From: Hyalangium minutum
GTDB lineage: Bacteria > Myxococcota > Myxococcia > Myxococcales > Myxococcaceae
Direction: 5' to 3'
DNA: 62,000 nucleotides
NCBI RefSeq assembly: GCF_000737315.1
Contig: NZ_JMCB01000005.1
Coordinates: forward strand, 206,001-268,000
This document shows, one piece after another, positions 47,998 through 57,634 of this stretch. The translations under genes and the position numbers were made by a program. The notes under the pieces are model-generated. The model saw nothing but the letters and a program-made list of their open reading frames with translations, was not told the origin of the DNA and did no database searches. Position 1 is the first letter of the stretch, and every line of letters starts with the position of its first letter.

Positions 47998-49554
47998 ATG
48001 GCCGTCAGTGAAGAACGCCGTTTCGAGGCTCTCGTGCTCGCGCCCGTCCGGCGCGTGCAGCGGCGCCTCAATGCGGTGGCCTGGGCTGAGGCGGGCATCA
48101 TCCCCATGTGGGCCGCCGTCACGGTCTGTGTCGTCGCCCGCCTGCTGCTGCGCGACTCCGCCCTATGGACCGCCCCCGCGTTTCTCCTGGCCGGTGGCGC
48201 GTGGTGGGGCTACCGGGCTCGGCACCGGGGCATCTCGCTGGAGCACGCAGCCGTGCTCGCGGATCGCTCAGCCAATGCCGGCGGCCTGTTGCTGACCCGC
48301 CTGGAGCGCCCCGTCGGAGATTGGGAGCTCTCCGTCAACCAGCTCGCCCGCGCCGTGAAGCCCCCCGAAGTCCAGTGGCGGCGCCCCGTGGGAGCCCTGG
48401 CCGGTGCGCTCCTGTTCCTCGTCGTGGGCTTCCTGCTCCCGCTGCCTCCGCCTTCCTTGCGCCCCATCAATGCAGCCGCAGCGGCCAAGGTCGCCGCCGT
48501 CCAGGCCAAGGCCGAGACGCTCGCCAAGGAGGAGCCTCTGGGCGCTCCAATGGAGGAGGAACTGCGCCGGCTGGCCGAAGAGGTCGCCGAGGGCCGCTTC
48601 GACGCGGGCGACTGGGAAGCTGCTGACGGTCTGGAGAAGCGCCTCGCCGAGCGCGCTGCCGAGGCCGCCGCAGAACTGGCGGGAGCCTCCGAGGCCGCTC
48701 GCGAATTGGAGGAGGCGCTGGGAGCCTCGGGGGATGCGGAGCGCGCGGCCCGCGAGCGCGAGGAACTGGAGCGAGCGCTCATGGCGCTCAATGGGAACGC
48801 GACCGAGGGAGAGAACGGGCAGGGCGGGCAGGACGGCAAGGAACAGCAGGGCCAGCAGGGCGAGCAGAATGGCCAGGGTGAACAGAATGGCCAGAGTGGG
48901 CAGGAAGGGCAGGAAGGGCAGAGCGGCTCCGTGAAGGACGGCAACACGGGGCAGGACGGTCAGCAGGGTTCGCAGGGCTCGCGCCGTACCGCGTCCGCGC
49001 AGGCCGGTGGCAACCTCGATCAGATCTCCAATCTCCGGCGGACGTTGGAGCGGCGGCAGCAGCAGCTCGAAGAGCGCTTCGGCCAGGGCAACTCGGCGCA
49101 GGCGAACAACCGCCGCCAGTCCGGAACCGGGCGCCGAGGCTCCCGGCAGATGCAGGGCCAGGGGCAGGGCGAGGGGGAAAACGGCGAAGGCGAGGGTGAG
49201 GGCGAGGGTGAGGGCGAGGGCGAGGGCAGCAGCGATCACGTCAGCCGCCAGGTCCGGCAGGGCGAGGGCTCGGGCGCCTCGCGTGGCGGAGGGAGCAACC
49301 CGCTCGTCTTCGGAGGCGAGGCGGAGATGGACCCCAACCGCCTCGAGTTCCAGCCGCTGCCCGAGGGCCAGGGCGGAGAGGCGAACGAGCTGTGGGGCCT
49401 GAAGGCCGCCGATCCGCAACGGGAAGGCGTCACGGTGACGCCGTCGGCGGCGAAGGGGCAGGGCGTGCAGGGGGACGCGACGCCGGGGTACTCCTCGGGG
49501 CCGCTGTTGCCGCGCAACCGGGACCTCGTGAAGCGATATTTTGGTGATCAGTGA
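47998..49554 (+). CDS. membrane-anchored coiled-coil protein with Q/G/E-rich tail (MoxR operon gene 1)
   Basis: Start MAVSEE; three hydrophobic segments, Ala/Glu coil, QG- and GE-rich low complexity, end P...DLVKRYF. Confidence 0.75.
   Translation: MAVSEERRFEALVLAPVRRVQRRLNAVAWAEAGIIPMWAAVTVCVVARLLLRDSALWTAPAFLLAGGAWWGYRARHRGISLEHAAVLADRSANAGGLLLTRLERPVGDWELSVNQLARAVKPPEVQWRRPVGALAGALLFLVVGFLLPLPPPSLRPINAAAAAKVAAVQAKAETLAKEEPLGAPMEEELRRLAEEVAEGRFDAGDWEAADGLEKRLAERAAEAAAELAGASEAARELEEALGASGDAERAAREREELERALMALNGNATEGENGQGGQDGKEQQGQQGEQNGQGEQNGQSGQEGQEGQSGSVKDGNTGQDGQQGSQGSRRTASAQAGGNLDQISNLRRTLERRQQQLEERFGQGNSAQANNRRQSGTGRRGSRQMQGQGQGEGENGEGEGEGEGEGEGEGSSDHVSRQVRQGEGSGASRGGGSNPLVFGGEAEMDPNRLEFQPLPEGQGGEANELWGLKAADPQREGVTVTPSAAKGQGVQGDATPGYSSGPLLPRNRDLVKRYFGDQ
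49183..49227 (+). repeat. in-frame hexamer tandem repeat encoding (GE)n
   Basis: ggcgaa/ggcgag/ggtgag units, about 7 copies. Confidence 0.85.
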
Positions 49555-49569
49555 CAGAGAGGAGCCGAC

Positions 49570-50565
49570 GTGTCTGAGCTTCTGAGCCCCGCCGAAGTCC
49601 AGGGGGCGGCGGAGGTTGCGGCCCAGCTGAAGAAGGGCCTCAACCAGGTGCTGCTCGATCAAGAGTCCGTGGTCGAGCAGGTCGTGGTCGCGGTGCTCGC
49701 GCGAGGCCACGTGCTGCTCGAGGGCCTGCCGGGTCTCGGCAAGACAGAGCTGTGCAAGGCGATGGCGCGGCTGCTGGCGCTGCCCTTCCGCCGCATCCAG
49801 TTCACCCCGGACCTGCTGCCCGGCGACATCACCGGCACCTACGTGCTGGAGGGAGAGGGCCGCCGCGAGTTCACCTTCCGCGAGGGCCCCCTGTTCGCCA
49901 GCGTTGTCCTCGCGGACGAGATCAACCGCTCCAGCCCCAAGACGCAGTCCGCGCTGCTGGAGGCGATGCAGGAGCGGAGCGTGACGGTGCTCGGGCAGAC
50001 GCGCGCGCTGCCGGATCCGTTCTTCGTGCTGGCCACGCAGAACCCCATCGAGCTGGAGGGCACCTACCCGCTGCCCGAGGCGCAGCTCGATCGCTTCCTC
50101 TTCCGCGTCCAGGTGCCGCCCGTAGGGGCCAAGACGCTGAGCACCCTGCTCACCACCCGCGTGCGCGGCGCGCCTCCCGCGCTCCCGTCCGTGCTCGACG
50201 GCGAGAGCCTGGGGCGCCTCTTCGCCGCGACGGACCGGGTGCACCTGCCCGGGCCCGTGGCCGACTTCATCGGCCGCCTGGTGGAGGCCAGCGACCCGCG
50301 TCAGGCCCACGCTCCGGACTCGGTGCGCCGGTTCGTTCGCTATGGGGCCTCGCCTCGTGCCGCGCTGGGACTCGCCGCTGCTGGCCGGGCGCTGGCGCTG
50401 CTCCGGGGCAAGCCCAACGTGGGCTTCGACGAGGTGACGACTGTGGCGCCCGCCATCCTCAACCACCGGCTCGTGCTCGCCTACGAGGCCTCGCTGGAGA
50501 AGGTGTCCTCCACCGAGGTCATCCGCGCGCTGCTCCAGGCTGTGCCCGAGGTGCCACGTGCGTAG
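49570..50565 (+). CDS. moxR: MoxR-family AAA+ ATPase
   Basis: GHVLLEGLPGLGKT, RIQFTPDLLPGDITG, LADEINR, ATQNPIE.EGTYPLPEAQLDRF, GASPRA. Confidence 0.96.
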   Translation: MSELLSPAEVQGAAEVAAQLKKGLNQVLLDQESVVEQVVVAVLARGHVLLEGLPGLGKTELCKAMARLLALPFRRIQFTPDLLPGDITGTYVLEGEGRREFTFREGPLFASVVLADEINRSSPKTQSALLEAMQERSVTVLGQTRALPDPFFVLATQNPIELEGTYPLPEAQLDRFLFRVQVPPVGAKTLSTLLTTRVRGAPPALPSVLDGESLGRLFAATDRVHLPGPVADFIGRLVEASDPRQAHAPDSVRRFVRYGASPRAALGLAAAGRALALLRGKPNVGFDEVTTVAPAILNHRLVLAYEASLEKVSSTEVIRALLQAVPEVPRA

Positions 50566-52498
50566 CTCCGTGCAGGCCTGGCTTCTATGCGCCACGCTGC
50601 TGGCTGGGAGCGCCGGATTCGCGCAGCCCCTGGCCGCGAGTGTGTCTGGGCCTGTGGAACTCGTGCTGAGGACCTCGCCGCCGCCACCACCACCGCCGGT
50701 GGTTCCCGCTCCGGCGGAGGAAACAGACGCGGCACCCGAGGAGGCGGCTCCCGCGGATGACTCGGAGGCCACGGAGGACGCCACCGCCAAGGAGGCCGCT
50801 GTCGCCGAGGACGTCGAGCATGAAGTGGTGCGCTCCGGCTACGCGGACACAACGGGCAACCTGCAGAACCTGGAGGACATGGACGGGCTGCGCGTCTCGG
50901 TTCGCTCGGGCGCGCTGCGCGCGAAGCGCGGGTACACGCCCGTGGAGGTGACGCTGTACAACACTGAGAACGTGCCCAGGCCGGTGCGCCTCCGCTTCCA
51001 GGGGTACAGCTCGGGCTCCTCCACCACGGAGCGTGTGGTGGAGCTGGGCGCGCGACAGCGGCTCACCACGCACCTGCTCGTTCCCGCGCCCGTCGCGTCC
51101 GGCATGTTCACCGTGGATGGGCCTGGCATCCGTTCCCGCAACACGGGCGTGTACCTGGATGAGGGCAACACGCCCACGGCCCTGGTGCTCGGCTCCTCCA
51201 AGGCCTTCGAGGCGGTGACCGGGATTCACCGCGTTGAGGACCCCAAGCCCGCCGAGGTGGATGTCCGCTTCGTGCCCGTGCAGGACGCGCCCCGGGAGCT
51301 GGCCGCCTACGTGGGCTTCCCCGTGGTGCTGGTGACCGAGGAAGTGGCCTCGGTGCCCTCGGATGTGTGGGCGGCGCTGGAGAGCTACGCCGCGGCGGGG
51401 GGCTCTCTGCTGATAGCCCTGCCTCCGCGCGACCTGCCGCAGCGCCTGCCGCTGCTCAACCTGGAACCCCAGCGCGACACGTGGAACGACTACGGCTTCG
51501 GCCAGGTGTACCTGTGCCAGTCCGGAGCGAGGGACTGCGGCAACGCGGCGCTATTGGTGGATCAGGACAGCAAGCCTCCGGTGGACCCGATAGGGCCGCC
51601 GCCGCGCTGGGAGAACAACCGCTTCGCGCTGAACGGCGGTGAGACGCCGCTGCTGCCCAATGCCCTGGTGCCGCTGGGCCGCTTCCTCTTCTTCATCTTC
51701 CTGTTCTCACTGGCGGTGGGGCCGGGCGGGCTCATCCTTGCGCGACGCAAGGGCCCCGTGGCGCTGCTGATCGGCGTGCCCGCCGTGTCGCTGGTCACCT
51801 GCCTGGTCATCGTCGGCAACTCGTTGCTGGTGGACGGCTTCGTCACCCACGCCTCGCGCTACAGCTACACCTGGCTGGACCGGCCGAGAGACCGGGCCGT
51901 GACGGCGGTGGTGGGGGGCTACTACGCCAACCTCGCGGCCAGAACGGTGCGGCTCCCGTCCCACAGCGTGTTGATGGCGCCCGCGGAGATGGACGACTGG
52001 CTCGTCGACGTGAACTGGACGGGCGGAGGCATGGAGGCGGAGGGCTTCCTCCCGGCGCGCACCTATGTGGAGTGGGGCGAGGTGGCGGTGGCTCCTTCGC
52101 GGGCTCGGCTCGCGGTGCGCCGCGAGGGGAACACCGTGAAGGTGCAGAACGCGCTGGGGGCTCCCATCCAGCGGGGCTACCTCCGGTACGGGCAGCAGAG
52201 CTACTGGGTGCCCGAGCTCGCCGATGGCGCCGAGGCCGTGGCCATCGAGGTCACCTCGGAGAGCGGGAGCGAGAAGGAACGGCGCGAGGCGCAGGAGCGA
52301 AACATCCTGGAGATCGTGGACGCACCCACCCCGGTGAAGCGCCGGGTGACGAAGGTCGGCGTGGAGTTCTACGCGCCGCTCGGGGAGAGGGGCTTCGTGG
52401 TGCGGCTCAAGGGCATGGGCTACGGGCCGCTGGCGGGCATGAAGGTGGAGCTGCACGAAGGGCTCCACTACGTGCGCGGGCAGGTGGATGCGCCATGA
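50558..52498 (+). CDS. secreted/membrane protein with GATase-like middle domain (MoxR operon)
   Basis: Signal peptide, acidic linker, ELAAYVGFPVVLV...VWAALESYAAAGGSLL, two TMs, beta-rich tail. Confidence 0.68.
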   Translation: MRSSVQAWLLCATLLAGSAGFAQPLAASVSGPVELVLRTSPPPPPPPVVPAPAEETDAAPEEAAPADDSEATEDATAKEAAVAEDVEHEVVRSGYADTTGNLQNLEDMDGLRVSVRSGALRAKRGYTPVEVTLYNTENVPRPVRLRFQGYSSGSSTTERVVELGARQRLTTHLLVPAPVASGMFTVDGPGIRSRNTGVYLDEGNTPTALVLGSSKAFEAVTGIHRVEDPKPAEVDVRFVPVQDAPRELAAYVGFPVVLVTEEVASVPSDVWAALESYAAAGGSLLIALPPRDLPQRLPLLNLEPQRDTWNDYGFGQVYLCQSGARDCGNAALLVDQDSKPPVDPIGPPPRWENNRFALNGGETPLLPNALVPLGRFLFFIFLFSLAVGPGGLILARRKGPVALLIGVPAVSLVTCLVIVGNSLLVDGFVTHASRYSYTWLDRPRDRAVTAVVGGYYANLAARTVRLPSHSVLMAPAEMDDWLVDVNWTGGGMEAEGFLPARTYVEWGEVAVAPSRARLAVRREGNTVKVQNALGAPIQRGYLRYGQQSYWVPELADGAEAVAIEVTSESGSEKERREAQERNILEIVDAPTPVKRRVTKVGVEFYAPLGERGFVVRLKGMGYGPLAGMKVELHEGLHYVRGQVDAP

Positions 52499-52526
52499 GG
52501 AGCGCGAGACAGCAGGAGGTGCGGCG

Positions 52527-53507
52527 ATGAGCCTGTTGCAGGTGAAGGGGCTGCGGCGCGACTTTGGCTCGCTGCGCGCGGTAGATGACGTGACGTTCGA
52601 GCTGGCGGCGGGCACCATCCTGGGCTTCATCGGGCCCAACGGCGCGGGCAAGAGCACCACCATGCGCATCATCGCCACGCTGGACACGCCCAGTGCGGGC
52701 GAGGTGCTGCTGGATGGGCAGTCCGTGGTGGACACGCCGGACAAGGCCCGGCCGCTGATCGGCTACATGCCGGACCGCTACGGCACTTATGACGACGTCA
52801 CCGTGTGGGAGTTCCTCGACTTCTTCGCCCGGGCATACGGCCTGAAGGGTGCGGCGCGGAAGAAGCGGGTGGATTCGGTGATGGAGTTCACGGGGCTGGT
52901 TCCACTGAAGGACAAGCTCACCAGCGCGCTGTCCAAGGGCATGCGGCAGCGCGTGGCGCTCGGGCGGACGCTGCTGCATGACCCCAAGCTGCTCATCCTG
53001 GACGAGCCGGCGGACGGCCTGGATCCGCGCGCCCGCATCGAGCTGCGCGAGCTGCTGCGGGCCCTGGCGGATCAGGGCAAGGCGGTCCTCATCTCCAGCC
53101 ACATCCTCACGGAGCTGGCGGAGATCTGCGATACGTGCGCCATCATCGAGCAGGGCAAGCTGCTGGCCACGGGCAAGGTGGCGGACCTGCTGGCGCAGAG
53201 CCAGACGGGGGCCGGCACGGAGCTGACGATCCGGCTGGCGGTGGGCGCGGAGGGCGAGGCGGCCTACGAGCGCGCCGAGCGGGTGGTGCTGGAGCAGCCT
53301 CGGGTGGGGCAGGTGTCGCGAGAGCCTGGGCAGCTGCGCGTGCGGCTGGAACTGGAGGCGGGCGCGACGCGGACCCAAATGGATGAGGCGGCTGCGCGGC
53401 TGCTGGCGGCGCTGGTGACGGCGGGGGTGCCGGTCTGCGCCTTCAGCCACCGGGAGCTGAACCTCGAGGATGCCTTCATGACGGTGACGAAGGGGAGGGT
53501 CGCGTGA
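52527..53507 (+). CDS. ABC transporter ATP-binding protein (export type)
   Basis: GPNGAGKST, LSKGMRQR, LILDEP, ISSH. Confidence 0.94.
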   Translation: MSLLQVKGLRRDFGSLRAVDDVTFELAAGTILGFIGPNGAGKSTTMRIIATLDTPSAGEVLLDGQSVVDTPDKARPLIGYMPDRYGTYDDVTVWEFLDFFARAYGLKGAARKKRVDSVMEFTGLVPLKDKLTSALSKGMRQRVALGRTLLHDPKLLILDEPADGLDPRARIELRELLRALADQGKAVLISSHILTELAEICDTCAIIEQGKLLATGKVADLLAQSQTGAGTELTIRLAVGAEGEAAYERAERVVLEQPRVGQVSREPGQLRVRLELEAGATRTQMDEAAARLLAALVTAGVPVCAFSHRELNLEDAFMTVTKGRVA

Positions 53508-54985
53508 GCGCGCCCGTGGAGACCGTGGGGGCCAAGGGCTCGCTCAGCGAGCGGCTGGGAGACCGCATCAACCCCCTGGTGGTGAAGGAGATCCGCCAGG
53601 GCCTGCGCACCCGCATGTTCTGGGTGTGCTTCGGGCTGATGTTGCTGGCGTGCGTGCTGCTGTCGCTGATGGCGTACGCGGACGTGAAGGACGGTGGGTA
53701 CCGGGCGCGCGGGAACACGTACTTCTTCACCTACTTCGTGTGCCTGGGGCTGGTGCACTTCTTCGTCATTCCGTACAGCGCGTACCGCTCGCTGGCGCGC
53801 GAGCGCGAGGACGAGACGTGGGTGTTGCTGGCGCTCACGGGGCTGGGGCCCCGGCGCATCCTGCGGGGCAAGGTGACATCCTTCCTGGCGCAGGCGGCGC
53901 TGTACGCCTCGGCAGTGGGGCCCTTCCTGCTGTTCAGCTACTACCTCAACGGCATCGACCTGCCGACCATCCTCCTGGTGCTGGTGCTAGGGGCAGCGTG
54001 GCTGGTGTTCCTCACGGTGCTCGGGGTGTGCGCGGCGACGCTGGCGGACGCGCGGCTGGGGCGGGCGTTCGTGCACTTCCTGGTGCTGGGCCTGCTGGCC
54101 AGCGGCGTGGCGCAGGGGCTGGGCGGGGCGTTCGCGCTCAGCGAGGGCGGCTCGCGGCTGATGCGCGAGCGCGAGTTCTTCTCCGTCATCGGCGTCGCGC
54201 TGTGGCTGATGCTCAGCTATGGGTGGCTGCTGTTCGAGGCGGCGGCGGCGCGGCTGTCGCTGGTGACGGAGGACTACTCCCGAGGGCCTCGGCGGGCGCT
54301 CATCATTCAGGTGCTGGTGAGCGCGGCGATCGTGGTGGGACTGTGGGCGAATCAGTCACATGAGCGCGAGGTCGCGGTGATAGCTGGCGTGGCCGGGTGC
54401 ATGCACCTGACGCTGTGCGGGCTCTTCGTGGTCTCGGACGTGGATGGACAGGCGCGGGCGCTGCGGTCGTCGACGCGGCCCTGGAGTCTGCTGCGGCCTG
54501 GGGCGGTGCGCGGCTTCCGGCTCATGGTGTTGCTGATCGCGGGCTGGTCCATCTTCTGCGCGCTCTTGGGGCTGAGCTCGGATGACGTGCAGAGCAACTG
54601 GCGCTCGTTGATCTACGTCACCCTGGCGGCGGCTGCATACCCCGTCCTCTACTTCGCGGTGGCCATCCTGGTGGCGAAGATGCCGCGCTCGGATCGGTTG
54701 AGCTCTCCGGCGGCGGTGCGGGTGCTGTTCATATCGCTGGCGGGCCTGGGCGCGGTGCTGCCGCCGCTGTTGGCGCTGCTGGTGGACGAGCCTGCGGACA
54801 ACGGCCTCATCAACCTGCTCAACCCCATCGTGGGCCTGGTGAACTTCGGGCAGCACGACTACGGGACAGATCTGCCGAAGATGACGGTGGAGTTGCTGTG
54901 CTTCGTCTGCGGGGTGGCCGCGCTCGCCGCCTTCGCTGCGGATCGCACCCTGATCGAGCGAGAGCAGCGGGTCCACACCTCGTGA
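53504..54985 (+). CDS. ABC-2-type permease-like multi-pass membrane protein
   Basis: NPLVVKEIRQ, REREDETW.LL.LTGL...I..GK; about 12 hydrophobic segments. Confidence 0.8.
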   Translation: MSAPVETVGAKGSLSERLGDRINPLVVKEIRQGLRTRMFWVCFGLMLLACVLLSLMAYADVKDGGYRARGNTYFFTYFVCLGLVHFFVIPYSAYRSLAREREDETWVLLALTGLGPRRILRGKVTSFLAQAALYASAVGPFLLFSYYLNGIDLPTILLVLVLGAAWLVFLTVLGVCAATLADARLGRAFVHFLVLGLLASGVAQGLGGAFALSEGGSRLMREREFFSVIGVALWLMLSYGWLLFEAAAARLSLVTEDYSRGPRRALIIQVLVSAAIVVGLWANQSHEREVAVIAGVAGCMHLTLCGLFVVSDVDGQARALRSSTRPWSLLRPGAVRGFRLMVLLIAGWSIFCALLGLSSDDVQSNWRSLIYVTLAAAAYPVLYFAVAILVAKMPRSDRLSSPAAVRVLFISLAGLGAVLPPLLALLVDEPADNGLINLLNPIVGLVNFGQHDYGTDLPKMTVELLCFVCGVAALAAFAADRTLIEREQRVHTS

Positions 54986-55839
54986 GCGCGGCGGACGAGA
55001 GCGAGGTGGCTCGGCTGGCGCCGGGGTTGGCGCTGGCGCTGCCTCGGGTGCCTCACCGGGGGCGGGTAGGCGAGGTGCGCGCCTCGTCCGCGGGCTCCTC
55101 GTTGGAACTGCACGACTTCCGGGTGTACCAGCCTGGGGATGACCTGCGGCAGGTGGACTGGAACGCGGTGGCGCGGACGGGGGAGATCATCCTCCGGGTG
55201 CGGCAGGACGAGGTGTCTCCGCGAGTAGAGGTGCTGGTGGATGCGTCGCGCTCCATGGCGTTGAGCCCGGCGAAGGAGGCGCGAGCGCGGGAGGTGGCGC
55301 TGCTGGCGGTGGAGGTGGCGGCGCTGCAGGGACTGACGCCCACGCTGCTCACCACGAGCGCCCGGCCGGAGCGGACACAGGGGCAGGTGTGCCGCTCGGC
55401 GCTGCGGGCGTCGGCGTTCGATGCGAAGGATGATCTGGGAGCCGCACTCGGGAGGATGCCGCCGCTGCGGCCGTGTGGCCTGCGGGTGGTGGTGAGCGAC
55501 TTCCTCTTCGAGGCGGACTTGTCTGGGCTGATGGCTCGGCTGGCGCGAGGGGCCTCGGCGCTGTTCGTGGTGCAGGTGCTGGACGCGGAGGACCTGGATC
55601 CCACGGGAGGCGAGGGGGCGCGGCTGGTGGACGCGGAGAGCGGCGCGGCGTTGGAGGAACTGCTGACCGAGGACGTGCTGGCCGCCTACGCACGCCGCTT
55701 CGCCGAGCACCAGCGCGCGCTGCGGGCTGCAGCGGCTCGGGCGAGGGCGACCCTGGTGACAGCGCCCGCACCGGAGCGGCTGAGCACGCTGGTGCGAGGC
55801 CCGCTGCGGCCGCTCTTCGTATCGGGAGGAGCGGCGTGA
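54982..55839 (+). CDS. DUF58 family protein
   Basis: GSSLELHDFRVYQPGDDLRQVDWN, LVDASRSM, VVSDFL. Confidence 0.92.
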   Translation: MSAADESEVARLAPGLALALPRVPHRGRVGEVRASSAGSSLELHDFRVYQPGDDLRQVDWNAVARTGEIILRVRQDEVSPRVEVLVDASRSMALSPAKEARAREVALLAVEVAALQGLTPTLLTTSARPERTQGQVCRSALRASAFDAKDDLGAALGRMPPLRPCGLRVVVSDFLFEADLSGLMARLARGASALFVVQVLDAEDLDPTGGEGARLVDAESGAALEELLTEDVLAAYARRFAEHQRALRAAAARARATLVTAPAPERLSTLVRGPLRPLFVSGGAA

Positions 55840-57554
55840 GCTTTGGCTTCCCATGGGGGCTGCTGGCGCTGGGGGCGTTGGTGCCACTGGCGGCGGCGTA
55901 CTTCCTGCGGCGGCGGCAGAAGCCGGTGACGGTGAGCGCGCTGTTCCTGTGGCGCACGCCTCGGCCACGCGCGGAGGCGGGTCCGCGCTTCGAGCGCTTC
56001 ACGCGGGAGTCCTCGCTGCTGCTGGAGGCGCTGGCGGTGGTGGCGGCGGCGCTGTTCCTGGCGGACGTGCGCTTCAGCGAGGACACGCGGGCGCGGCACG
56101 TGGTGCTGGTGGTGGATGGGAGCCTCTCGTTGTCGGCGCGAGGGGCGGATGGGGTGACGGTGCTGGAGCGGGTACGCCGGGAGGCGGCCAGGCGGGTGGA
56201 GGAGGAGCGCGCCACGCGGGTGACGGTGCTGGCGAGCGGCTCGGTGCCTCGGGCGATCGCGGGCCCGGAGGCGGAGCCCTCGCGGGCGCTGGGAGCGTTG
56301 GAGTCCTTTCAGGCGCTGGGGGCGGACCACGACGTGACGGCCACGCTGCTGTGGGCGCAGGAACTGGCGGGGCCGGGACGTCGGGTGCACTTCTTCACGG
56401 ACGTGCTGCCAGCCGAGGGTGCGGTGGTGCCTCCGGCGGTGCGGTGGACGGCGCTGGGGACGGTTCGGGACAACGTGGCGCTCGTGTCGGCGCAGCGGCG
56501 GGACGAGGGCACGAAGGCGACGGTGACGCTGCGGGTGGCACGGTTTGGCGGGCCGGACTCGGTGGAGGTGCGGGTACGCGCGCAGCCGGGGCCGGGAGCG
56601 AAGGAGGGGACCGAGCAGCGCGAGGTGGTGCGGCTGCCCACGGAAGGTGCGGCGACTGTGCGCTTCACCTTTGAGAACGCGGGCGATGTGGAGGTGATGT
56701 TGCCGGACGACGCGCTGCCGGAGGATGGGCAGGCTCGGCTGGTGCCCTCGGCGGTGCGTCGGGTGCGTGTGGCGCTGGCGGAGGGACTGGAGCCGCGGAC
56801 GAAGCAGGCGCTGGAGCGCTTCCTATCGGTGGCACCCGATGTGGAGACGGCGGCCGGGGAGGGCGCGCTGATCGTGGGGCCGAGGGGCACGACCGCGAGA
56901 GTGACGGTGGGGGCGGGGGGCACGCTGCGGACATTCCTGGGGCCGTTCTTCTCGGAGAAGGGGCACCCGCTGCTGGACGACGTGCAGCTCGCGGGTGTGC
57001 GGTGGACGGCGGGAGACAATCCACCGGGCCGGGCGCTCATCACGGCGGGGGACGCGGTGCTGCTGGCCGAGGAGGACGGGCGGGTGCACGTCAACCTGGA
57101 ACTGTCGCGTTCGAATCTGCAGCGCACGCCCGCGTGGCCCGTGCTGCTGGGCAACCTGCTGCGCGAGGCCCAGCGCACGCGGGAGGGATTCCCGCGCAGG
57201 CATCTGACGCTGGGAGAGCCCCTGCCGGTGGTGACGCAGCCAGGGGCGCGCTACACGCTGGAGGGCCCGCTGGGAGAGAAGCCAGTCTTCGGAGCGGGCT
57301 CGTTGACCCTGCCTGCGCCGCCCGTGCCGGGCCGCTACACGCTGGAGCGGGATGGAGAGCCGGTGGACGCGACGGAGGTGCTGGCGCTGGACGCACGCGA
57401 GTCGGATCTGCGCGCGAGGAGCAGCGGCGAGCGGGAGGCCACTGCGGCGGAGAAAGAGGAGAGCAGCACGGGCTCATCGAGCCGGGCGCGCTGGCCCCTG
57501 CTGGTGTTGCTGGGAGCGCTGTTGGCGGACTTCTACGTCACACGGCGGAAGTAG
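55836..57554 (+). CDS. BatA N-terminal domain plus vWA domain membrane protein
   Basis: FGFPWGLLAL..LVP....YFLRRR....VSALFLW; MIDAS-like DGSLS; C-terminal TM. Confidence 0.85.
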   Translation: MSFGFPWGLLALGALVPLAAAYFLRRRQKPVTVSALFLWRTPRPRAEAGPRFERFTRESSLLLEALAVVAAALFLADVRFSEDTRARHVVLVVDGSLSLSARGADGVTVLERVRREAARRVEEERATRVTVLASGSVPRAIAGPEAEPSRALGALESFQALGADHDVTATLLWAQELAGPGRRVHFFTDVLPAEGAVVPPAVRWTALGTVRDNVALVSAQRRDEGTKATVTLRVARFGGPDSVEVRVRAQPGPGAKEGTEQREVVRLPTEGAATVRFTFENAGDVEVMLPDDALPEDGQARLVPSAVRRVRVALAEGLEPRTKQALERFLSVAPDVETAAGEGALIVGPRGTTARVTVGAGGTLRTFLGPFFSEKGHPLLDDVQLAGVRWTAGDNPPGRALITAGDAVLLAEEDGRVHVNLELSRSNLQRTPAWPVLLGNLLREAQRTREGFPRRHLTLGEPLPVVTQPGARYTLEGPLGEKPVFGAGSLTLPAPPVPGRYTLERDGEPVDATEVLALDARESDLRARSSGEREATAAEKEESSTGSSSRARWPLLVLLGALLADFYVTRRK

Positions 57555-57592
57555 CGAGGAGTGCGCGGATAAGCCTGCGCCTCGAGAACCGC

Positions 57593-57634
57593 CTACCCGG
57601 GCTCCAGCACGAACAGATGGCCCTCACTGGTCAC
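57593..57634 (-). pseudogene. orphan copy of the last codons of the DUF4261-like gene
   Basis: Reads VTSEGHLFVLEPG* versus DTEGQLFVLEPQK* at 59495-59536; in-frame TGA just upstream. Confidence 0.75.
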
